Position numbers and translations under genes: made by a program | NCBI GenBank assembly: GCA_963717505.1 | Contig: OY970342.1 | Span: 1,696,001 to 1,760,000 of the forward strand | Direction: 5' to 3' | DNA from: Candidatus Eiseniibacteriota bacterium | GTDB taxonomy: Bacteria > Eisenbacteria > RBG-16-71-46 | Length of the DNA stretch: 64,000 nucleotides | Shown: positions 56,857 through 64,000 of the stretch, in pieces | How positions within the stretch are numbered: the first letter of the stretch is position 1 | How the letters are laid out: the number at the start of each line of letters is the position of its first letter | Notes under the pieces: generated by a model | Told to the model about the DNA's origin: nothing | Database searches by the model: none | The model's input: only the letters and a program-made list of their open reading frames with translations

Positions 56857-58812
56857 CTAGCCCCGCTCGCCCTCGCCGGGGCGCAGCTCGTGGCGATCGA
56901 GCATGCGGTAGAGCGTGCTGCGCGCCACGCCCAGGGAGCGGGCGGCGCCGCTCAGATTGCCGCGCGAGTAGTTGAGCGCGCGCAACAGCGCGGCGCGCTC
57001 CGCAGACGAGCGCAGATCGCCGCGTTCGTGGGACTCGGTCGACTCCTCGATCGGCAGGTGCCAGAGCTCGATCCGCGGGGCGTCGCCGGCCAGAACCACG
57101 GCGTAGTTGAGCGCACTGCGCAATTCGCGCACGTTGCCGGGCCAGTCGTGCTTCTCGATCCACATCAGCGCATCGTGTGAAAGGGCTGGCGGCTGGCTCA
57201 GTCCGCGCGTTCGAGCGATGCCTTCGAGCAGGGCTTCGGCCAGCTCCCGGCGATCATCGCGGTCGCGCAGGGGAGGCAGCCGCAGCACGACGCCGCGCAT
57301 CCGGAAGTACAGGTCGCTGCGGAAGCGCCCCTGCTCGACCAGCGTCGGCAGCTCGCGACTGGTTGCCGCGATCAGGCGAACGTCGGCGCGACGCTCCGAG
57401 GCTTCGCCGACGCGATAGAACGTTCCGTCTTCGAGGAATCTCAACAACGCCGCCTGGGCGGGCGACGACATTTCGCCGACTTCGTCCAGGAACAGCGTTC
57501 CGCCGTCGGCTGTGGCGAGCTTCCCGGTGCGCCCGGTCGGGGCGGCGCCGGTGAACGAGCCGGGTCCATAGCCGAACAACTCGGACTCGAGCAGGGTGCC
57601 GGCGAGCGCTCCGCAGTTGACCGCGACGAACGGCGCGCGCCCGCGAGCGCTGCTGGCATGGATGGCGCGAGCGAAGATCTCCTTGCCCGCGCCGGTCTCG
57701 GCGAGCAGCAGGATCGGCAGATCGGTGCGCGCGAAGCGCGCGGCCTGGCTGCGTGCGGCGACCACCGCGGCATCGGTGCCGACGATGGTCGAGAAGGCTT
57801 CCGGTACCGAATCTCCGATGCGGGTTGCTCGCCGGCGATCGCTGCGTTGCCGCAGATGGACGATCGCCGCGAAGGGGTCGTCGGGCGGGCCGATGGGCTC
57901 GAGCTCGACGCGCAAACCGTCGGGCAGTGGGCGGCCCGCGTTGCCTCCGGTCGAACGGGATTGGACGAAACGGACGATCTCGGACGGCTGCAGTCCCGGA
58001 AGCAGGTTCCGGAAATGGGGGTTGATCCGGCGCACGTGCCCGGTCATTTCGACCAGGAGCGTCGCATGAGGGAGCCCCCCGAGCAATCGCTCCAACCCGA
58101 ACAGACCGCCCGGGTGCGCGGCGTCGTACGTGCGGGCCACGATCAGGGCCTCGATCGCCGCCGCCGTGGCGACTACGGAGGCGTGGATGAAGCTGTCCGC
58201 GGAGGCGATCGGCCCGGTGGCATCGAGGATGCCGACCAACCGTTGGCGGATGTCGCGCACGGGAGATGCATAGCAGGCCAGTCCGTGATTGCGTCGCTCG
58301 AAGTGCTCGACGCCGACCACCGACACCGGCGAATCCTCGGCCAACGTCGTTCCGATTCCGTTGGTGCCTCGGGCTTGCTCCGACCACACCGCGCCCTCGA
58401 CCACGCGGCTTTGCGTGACCATCGAACGAAACGGCTCGGAGATCCGCCGGGCGACGACCATGCCGCGGGCGTCGCAGAACAACCCGCAATAGCCGGCGCT
58501 CGCGATCGACGAAGCAAAGGCGTCGAAGGGCGCTCCAGTGGCGAGCAAGGGGGAGAATCGTTCGAGCGCCTCGGGGAGGGCGTCGAGGGCCATGCGTGGC
58601 TCGCCCGGATTGTCCGCCGACAGCCCGGTGTCCCGACACCTCTGCCACCGTCTGAGGACCAGGCTGCTTTCGATCTCATCCGGGGAACAGGCTCCGGATT
58701 GGAATCGTTCCCAGAGCTGGAGATCTGTGGCTGACTGCTGGATGGGGGTCACGTCATGAACGATATCCCCGGTTCCACAGGGCTTCAATAGCGAACCCAC
58801 CAGCGACGCCAT
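56857..58812 (-). CDS. Sigma54-dependent activator with GAF domain (AcoR-like, Fis HTH)
   Basis: W.E..RGTNGIG GAF; ETGAGKE, ESELFG, GSFTGA, LFLDEVGE, WPGNVREL, C-terminal HTH; start uncertain. Confidence 0.92.
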   Translation of the reverse strand: MASLVGSLLKPCGTGDIVHDVTPIQQSATDLQLWERFQSGACSPDEIESSLVLRRWQRCRDTGLSADNPGEPRMALDALPEALERFSPLLATGAPFDAFASSIASAGYCGLFCDARGMVVARRISEPFRSMVTQSRVVEGAVWSEQARGTNGIGTTLAEDSPVSVVGVEHFERRNHGLACYASPVRDIRQRLVGILDATGPIASADSFIHASVVATAAAIEALIVARTYDAAHPGGLFGLERLLGGLPHATLLVEMTGHVRRINPHFRNLLPGLQPSEIVRFVQSRSTGGNAGRPLPDGLRVELEPIGPPDDPFAAIVHLRQRSDRRRATRIGDSVPEAFSTIVGTDAAVVAARSQAARFARTDLPILLLAETGAGKEIFARAIHASSARGRAPFVAVNCGALAGTLLESELFGYGPGSFTGAAPTGRTGKLATADGGTLFLDEVGEMSSPAQAALLRFLEDGTFYRVGEASERRADVRLIAATSRELPTLVEQGRFRSDLYFRMRGVVLRLPPLRDRDDRRELAEALLEGIARTRGLSQPPALSHDALMWIEKHDWPGNVRELRSALNYAVVLAGDAPRIELWHLPIEESTESHERGDLRSSAERAALLRALNYSRGNLSGAARSLGVARSTLYRMLDRHELRPGEGERG

Positions 58813-58905
58813 TTCAGTGACGATTGTCGCGCTGGGCGGGTCAGCGCGTATCGTTTCGCTACACTCAACTGGCCATTCCAGGCTCCAAGACAGCCATTTC
58901 CATGG

Positions 58906-58922
58906 TCGGCCCGGCTCTTGCT
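58906..58922 (+). promoter_or_regulatory. Sigma54 (-24/-12) promoter
   Basis: TCGGCCCGGCTCTTGCT versus consensus YTGGCACGNNNNTTGCW (GG-N10-GC, 2 mismatches), divergent from the activator gene. Confidence 0.65.
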
Positions 58923-58932
58923 AGAAGATATT

Positions 58933-59020
58933 GAACAGAATCTCTCTCTGTTTAGGGAGGTGCTGTTTGCGGCCCCTTGGGTGCGGCCCCCAAGCCCGCG
59001 GCGGTGCCTCCTACTTTTTT
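58933..59020 (+). ncRNA. Candidate sigma54-driven small RNA (or terminated leader)
   Basis: Begins about 12 nt after the -12 box; 5' hairpin AACAGA/TCTGTT with CU-rich loop; long GC/GU hairpin 58956-59011 followed by T6. Confidence 0.45.
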
Positions 59021-59070
59021 GCGGGGACAAGCCCCCGTCGCCCGCGAGCTGGTTCGTCTAGAATCGCGTC

Positions 59071-59328
59071 ATGCCTCGATCCCCCGATGCAGTGAAGCGC
59101 GAGCTGCGGCAGCACATCGTCGGCCGCTACCTGCCGGGCGAAGACCCCGAACGGCTCACCGAAGACCTCGAGCTCCAGACCTCCGGTGTCCTGAACTCGG
59201 TCAACACCCTGGAACTGGTTCAGCACCTCGAGACCACCTACGGGATCTCCATGACCGCGCACGAGATCGCGACCCGGCTCTCCACGGTGCGAGCCATCGC
59301 TGCTCTGGTCGTCGAAAAGGCCACCTGA
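59071..59328 (+). CDS. Stand-alone peptidyl/acyl carrier protein
   Basis: 85 aa; GVLNSVN with the phosphopantetheine Ser; TAGAAT 6 nt before ATG suggests a leaderless start. Confidence 0.85.
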   Translation: MPRSPDAVKRELRQHIVGRYLPGEDPERLTEDLELQTSGVLNSVNTLELVQHLETTYGISMTAHEIATRLSTVRAIAALVVEKAT

Positions 59329-59334
59329 TCGACG

Positions 59335-60891
59335 ATGCTGGTCGACGGGTTCGAGCACGCCGCGAAGTCCAATCCCGGGCAGCCGGCGATCGAGGACCGC
59401 GAGGGCCGGCGACTCACCTATCGGTCGCTCGATGCGGCGGCATCGCGGATCGCGCATCGGCTTCGGATCTCGGGTGTCGCGCCCGGTGACCGTGTCGCGA
59501 TCCATCACCCCAAGTCGATCGAATCGGTCGCCGCGATTCTCGGCGTGCTCAAGGCGCGGGCCGCGTACGTTCCGCTCGACGCGAGCGCTCCGATCGAGCG
59601 CAGCCGTCACATTCTCGGCGACTGCGGGGCGAAGGTGCTGTGCACGAACCCGGACGGGGCGGCCCGGTTCGGCCCGGACGCAGGCTGCGCGATGCTCGCT
59701 CTGTCACCGATACCGGCGGACGAGGCGGATTCGTCGTGGCTCCAGGGCGCCGACCCCTCATGGCGCGCAGCCGAGCCGGTGCGCCCCGAGGATCTGAGCT
59801 ACATCCTGTACACCTCCGGGTCGACGGGCGTACCCAAGGGAGTCATGCACACCCATGCCAGCGCCGAGAGTTTCGTGAGCTGGGCGTTTCGCGCGGTCGA
59901 GCCGCGCGCCGAGGATCGCTTCAGCAGCCACGCACCGTTCCACTTCGATCTGTCCATTTTCGACCTCTACGTCTGCTTTCGTTCCGGTGGCACGCTGGTC
60001 CTGGTCGACGAGTCGCTCGGCGCTCGGCCGCTGGATCTGGCGGCATTCATCGCCGAGCGATCGATCTCGATCTGGTACTCGGTGCCTTCGATCCTGGCCC
60101 TGCTCGCGGAGCACGGAAAGCTCGCGCAACACCGTTTCGATCGCCTGCGGATCATCGTCTTCGCCGGCGAGGTGTTCCCGATTCGGCCGCTCCGGCTGCT
60201 GCAGAAGCTGCTTCCGGGGAGGACCTACTTCAATTTCTACGGCCCGACCGAGACCAACGTGTGCACCGCCTACCGCCTGCCCGGTCCGATTCCCGAGTCG
60301 CAGACGACGCCGGTGCCGATCGGGCCGGCGTGCGACAACGTCCGGGCGATGGTCCTCGATGAGGCACAGTGTCCGGTCGAGCGTGGCGGGGAGGGACTGC
60401 TCTACATCCACGCCTCGGGCCCGACCATGCTCGGCTACTGGCCGCCGAGCCCCGACGGGGAGTCGAAAGCGTTCCATCGCGCGCCTTCGGGCGAACGTTG
60501 GTATTGCACCGGCGATGTGGTCCGTGAGGATCCGGACGGCAACTATGTCTACGTCGGGCGCCGGGACCGAATGGTGAAGCGGCGGGGCTACCGCATCGAG
60601 CTGGGCGAAATCGAGAACGCCCTGAGCCAGCACGACGAAGTGCGCGAGGTGGCGGCGGTCACTGCGGACACGACCGGCCAGGGCCTCGAGATCGTCGCGT
60701 TCCTGGTTCCTGCGAGCCCGGCTGATCGCATGTCGATCATCGCGCTCAAGCAGTACTGCATGAGCCGGCTGCCCGGCTACATGTGCCCCGATCGATTCGA
60801 GTTCCTCCCAGTACTGCCGCGCACCGCCAACGACAAGGTCGACCTGCAGGCACTCGCGCGCAGCGCGCAGCGGAAGCCGGCCGGCGAATGA
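59335..60891 (+). CDS. Stand-alone amino-acid adenylation enzyme, probable L-prolyl-PCP ligase
   Basis: YTSGSTGVPKG, FDLSIFD, FAGE, YGPTETNVC, TGD, RIELGEIE, P...NDK; hand-read pocket about DLFYVAFVCK. Confidence 0.85.
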   Translation: MLVDGFEHAAKSNPGQPAIEDREGRRLTYRSLDAAASRIAHRLRISGVAPGDRVAIHHPKSIESVAAILGVLKARAAYVPLDASAPIERSRHILGDCGAKVLCTNPDGAARFGPDAGCAMLALSPIPADEADSSWLQGADPSWRAAEPVRPEDLSYILYTSGSTGVPKGVMHTHASAESFVSWAFRAVEPRAEDRFSSHAPFHFDLSIFDLYVCFRSGGTLVLVDESLGARPLDLAAFIAERSISIWYSVPSILALLAEHGKLAQHRFDRLRIIVFAGEVFPIRPLRLLQKLLPGRTYFNFYGPTETNVCTAYRLPGPIPESQTTPVPIGPACDNVRAMVLDEAQCPVERGGEGLLYIHASGPTMLGYWPPSPDGESKAFHRAPSGERWYCTGDVVREDPDGNYVYVGRRDRMVKRRGYRIELGEIENALSQHDEVREVAAVTADTTGQGLEIVAFLVPASPADRMSIIALKQYCMSRLPGYMCPDRFEFLPVLPRTANDKVDLQALARSAQRKPAGE

Positions 60892-62216
60892 TGGTGGCGA
60901 CCGCCATCGAGGCGAAGCCCAGCCGCGCCTTCGGCGCCTCCGACGTGCTGCAGAAGCTGGTCCTGATCGCCGAGCTGTTCCTGCTTTGCGTGGTGCTCGA
61001 GGAGACCCGAATCATCTCGCCGGCCTTCACCCGGATGTTCTGGGTCGTCGCCGCCGGCGTCCTGCTCAACGATTTCGTTCCGGCCCGGGTGCGGCCCGCC
61101 TTCTTCCTGGTCCTGTCTCTGGTCTGCACCGCCACCGTGCTCCAGGTGGTGCCGACTCTGGTTCTGGTCGGCGTCGGCCTGGCGTTGATTGGGGTCTGCC
61201 AGCTGCCGCTGCGGCTCGGCTACCGCATCGCGATCCTGGCGGCCATGGCAGCGGTGGTCGCCGTCTATCGCACCGGGGCTTCCTGGCTGCCCCAGCCATC
61301 CATGGACATCCTGGTGATCATTCCGGTGCTCGCGTCGATGTTCATGTTCCGCCTGTCGATCTACCTCTACGACAAGGAGAACACCAAGTCGCGGCTGCCC
61401 TGGACCCAGACGCTGAACTACTTCTTCATGCTGCCGAATGTCTGCTTCCTCCTGTTCCCGGTGGTCGACTACACGACGTTCCTCCAGTCCTACCGCGATC
61501 GCGAGCGCTGGCGGGTCCAGCAGATCGGCGTCCGCTGGATCCTGGTCGGCCTGGTTCAGCTGCTGCTCCTGCGTCTGGTCGAACTGCACGTGGTTCGCGA
61601 TCCCGACGAGCTGGTCACGCGCCTCGACCACTTCCTCTACGTGATCTCGGCGTACCTCATGTACCTGCGCGTGTCCGGCCAGTTCCACATGATCGTCGGC
61701 ATCCTGCATCTGTTCGGCTACGAGCTGCCGCGGACCAACAACAAGTATTTCCTGGCGTCGAGCTTCACCGACCTGTGGCGGCGCATCAACATTTACTGGA
61801 TGGAGTACATGCGCAAGATGATCTACTACCCGGTGCTGCTGCGATTCCGCGGCTGGGGCCCGGTGCGCGCTTCGGTCGCGGCCACGGTGTGCGTGTTCCT
61901 GGCCACCATCGTCCTGCACGCGTACCAGTACTTCTGGTTGTCGGGCGATTTCCGCGTGTCGGTCCGCGACCTGTTGTTCTGGGGTCTCCTGTGTGCGCTG
62001 GTGCTGGTCGACATGTATCGTGAACGCCGGATGCTGGAACGCCAGCGCGCGCGCGGCACGGGACCGCGCGCCGGTGGCTGGCGGTCGGTCCTGGGGGCGC
62101 TGCCGGGCACGGCCGCCACCCTGGTCGTGATGACGATCCTGTGGTCCCTGTGGTCGAGCGAGTCGATCAGCCTGGGGCGCTGGCTCGAGATCCTCGGGAA
62201 GGTCGTGGTGCCGTGA
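60888..62216 (+). CDS. MBOAT-family membrane acyltransferase (DltB/AlgI-like)
   Basis: Many TM helices; FGYELP..N.YFLA.SFTDLWRRINIYW; catalytic-position His in ATIVLH. Confidence 0.85.
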   Translation: MMVATAIEAKPSRAFGASDVLQKLVLIAELFLLCVVLEETRIISPAFTRMFWVVAAGVLLNDFVPARVRPAFFLVLSLVCTATVLQVVPTLVLVGVGLALIGVCQLPLRLGYRIAILAAMAAVVAVYRTGASWLPQPSMDILVIIPVLASMFMFRLSIYLYDKENTKSRLPWTQTLNYFFMLPNVCFLLFPVVDYTTFLQSYRDRERWRVQQIGVRWILVGLVQLLLLRLVELHVVRDPDELVTRLDHFLYVISAYLMYLRVSGQFHMIVGILHLFGYELPRTNNKYFLASSFTDLWRRINIYWMEYMRKMIYYPVLLRFRGWGPVRASVAATVCVFLATIVLHAYQYFWLSGDFRVSVRDLLFWGLLCALVLVDMYRERRMLERQRARGTGPRAGGWRSVLGALPGTAATLVVMTILWSLWSSESISLGRWLEILGKVVVP

Positions 62217-63385
62217 AGGTCGCGTGGATCGCAGTGAATGTCGCGCTGCTGGCGGTGCTCGGGGTGTTCTTCAACCGGGACGTGTACTCGCGGCTGGGGC
62301 CGGCGGCGACCCTTTACGTCGATCGCCTGCGCAGCGACGCCCTGATCAAGGAGGAGAGCCGTTCCGAGCTGTCGACCTACTACGAGGACTTGCTGTTCGA
62401 GGGCGGCAGCATCAAGGGGTATCTCGCGAGGCGCTACGAGGGATACAACTATTCGCTCGACGAGTGGGATCCGTTCGACGGCGACGACTCGCCGCACTGG
62501 CAGCCGACCGACGACCTGCGGGTCCTCGGTCCCAAGCCGTCGCAGGTCGTGATGCTCGACCGGATCGCGCACACCTTCAACTCCATCGGACTGCGGGACC
62601 GCGAGTACCCGCCGGTTCCCGCCGACGACACCTACCGGATCGTGATGCTCGGCGCGTCGAACCTGATGGCGCACGGCATTCCCGACGGCAAGGGTTTCGA
62701 GGCCCAGATCGAAGACTCGCTCAACGCCGAGCCGGTCGGTCCGTGGAAGGCGTTCGAGATCCTCAATTTCGGCTACGACTCGTACACCGAGGTCAAGAAC
62801 CTGGTCCAGATCGACCAGGGCGATGTGTTCCCGCTGCGTCCCCGGCTGGTGGTCATCATCACGCACTCGATCCACGACTTCTGGGAGTGGGATTTCATCG
62901 ACCTGGTCTCGCGCGAGCAGTACGCGCAGATCGGATATCCCTACCTGATCGACCTGGGCAAGAAGCTTCGGTCCGAGCACCGTCGCCAGTTGCGCGATTC
63001 GGAGCGCGACGACGTCGTCCGCTGGGCCTACGGAGAGCTCCGCGCGCGCTGCGCGGCGGCATCGGTGAAATGCGTGGCGGTCGGCATTCCGTTGCCGAAC
63101 AGCCTTTCGGACCCCAAGCGGCTGGAGGAGCGCATGAATCTGATCCGCTCGACCGGCATGCCGGTGATCTCGCTGCACCGGAGCCTCGAGGGGCGTGATC
63201 TGGTCGAGCTGCAGCGCGAGCCGTGGGACGATCTCCACTTGAACCTGGAGGGGCACCGGATCGTCGCCCACGACCTCTATCGCGCGCTGCTCGAACACGA
63301 CGCCGAGTTCGGGCTCGGACTCAGGGTTCGGCCCTCGGAGCCGCTCGTGACCGCCGGATCCGGTGGCAGGGCCGTGCGGCCATGA
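62213..63385 (+). CDS. Membrane-anchored SGNH-family protein (DltD/AlgJ-like)
   Basis: N-terminal TM; NSIGLRD, RIVMLGAS, LNFG, DDLHLN.EGH. Confidence 0.78.
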   Translation: MKVAWIAVNVALLAVLGVFFNRDVYSRLGPAATLYVDRLRSDALIKEESRSELSTYYEDLLFEGGSIKGYLARRYEGYNYSLDEWDPFDGDDSPHWQPTDDLRVLGPKPSQVVMLDRIAHTFNSIGLRDREYPPVPADDTYRIVMLGASNLMAHGIPDGKGFEAQIEDSLNAEPVGPWKAFEILNFGYDSYTEVKNLVQIDQGDVFPLRPRLVVIITHSIHDFWEWDFIDLVSREQYAQIGYPYLIDLGKKLRSEHRRQLRDSERDDVVRWAYGELRARCAAASVKCVAVGIPLPNSLSDPKRLEERMNLIRSTGMPVISLHRSLEGRDLVELQREPWDDLHLNLEGHRIVAHDLYRALLEHDAEFGLGLRVRPSEPLVTAGSGGRAVRP

Positions 63386-64000
63386 CGCTCGACTCGACGG
63401 CGGTTCCCCTCACTCCGGCGCAGAAGGAACTGCGCGACTCGGCCGCCGCGTTCGCCCGCAAGCATCTCGGCCCCGGGGCCGGCCACGCCGACGAGGCCGC
63501 GGCCTTCACGCGGGATGCCTGGCGGAAGTGCGCCGAGTACGGCGTCCAGGGCCTGCCGTTCCCCGAGGCCTATGGCGGCCAGGGGCAGACGGTCGAAGGC
63601 ACGATCGCGGTCATGGAAGGCCTCGGCTACGGGTGCCGGGATCATGGCCTCCTGTTCTCGATCAACGCCCACATGTGGGCGTGCGCGATGCCGATCCTCC
63701 AGTTCGGCACCCCCGATCAGAAGCAGCGCTACCTGCCGGACCTGTGCAACGGCAAGAAGATCGCGGCCAACGCAGCGAGCGAACCCGGCTCGGGATCGGA
63801 CGTGTTCAGCATGCGGACGCGGGCGGTGCGCGACGGCGACCACTACGTGCTGAATGGCTCCAAGATGTTCGTGACCAACGCGCCGGTCGCCGACCTGTTC
63901 GTGCTGTACGCGACGGTCGATCCGGAATACGGCGCCGCCGGCATCTGCTGCTTCGTGATCGAGAAGGGCACTCCCGGTCTCCAGGTCAGCCGCCCGATCG
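63382..64000 (+). CDS. Acyl-CoA dehydrogenase family, probable prolyl-PCP dehydrogenase (partial, runs off the window)
   Basis: ATG overlaps previous stop; read by hand: AWRKCAEYGVQGL.FPEAYGG, MEGLGYGCRD.GLLFSINAH.WAC, QKQRYLP, SEPGSGSD, NGSKMFVTNAP. Confidence 0.82.
   Translation, partial: MTLDSTAVPLTPAQKELRDSAAAFARKHLGPGAGHADEAAAFTRDAWRKCAEYGVQGLPFPEAYGGQGQTVEGTIAVMEGLGYGCRDHGLLFSINAHMWACAMPILQFGTPDQKQRYLPDLCNGKKIAANAASEPGSGSDVFSMRTRAVRDGDHYVLNGSKMFVTNAPVADLFVLYATVDPEYGAAGICCFVIEKGTPGLQVSRPI

Noticed and set aside
59071-63385. Canonical dlt operon for D-alanylation of teichoic acid
   Set aside because: The organism has outer-membrane proteins, the A-domain pocket is unlike DltA, and a coupled acyl-CoA dehydrogenase follows.

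Overview
High-GC bacterial chromosome segment. T9SS-like CTD proteins, PorU/PorV homologues and a C-terminal 'WGxxKxLYR' motif suggest an FCB-related candidate lineage such as Ca. Eisenbacteria (inference). In order: an rsbW-like/ruvX/mltG/larE operon; a small membrane ORF whose stop codon lies inside tRNA-Val(TAC); a dockerin-like secreted protein and four tandem Cys-rich paralogues ending in (S/T)WGQ(I/V)(K/R)SLYR; two SurA/PrsA-like foldases; a PorU-like C25 protease; a HEAT-cyclophilin; nucleoside salvage genes (PNP, nucleoside ABC, BMP lipoprotein, tdk, udk, rpiB, add) interleaved with a MacAB-type exporter, D-aminoacylase, an HNH protein, gdh, an MBL hydrolase and M16 peptidases; a TonB receptor-PorV-NHL-CTD-lipoprotein operon followed by an OB-fold CTD protein; a thioesterase/E2/lipB/nadA/lipA block; an FAD monooxygenase; a GAF sigma54 activator facing a sigma54 promoter and candidate sRNA; and, running off the right edge, a carrier protein/adenylation/MBOAT/SGNH/acyl-CoA-dehydrogenase cluster. 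The two best candidates for undescribed biology are (1) that last cluster, which looks like pyrrole-2-carbonyl biosynthesis coupled to Dlt-type trans-membrane acyl transfer, and (2) the WGxxKxLYR tail as a short sorting signal beside a PorU-like protease and foldases. All calls come from motif recognition by eye; no searches were run.
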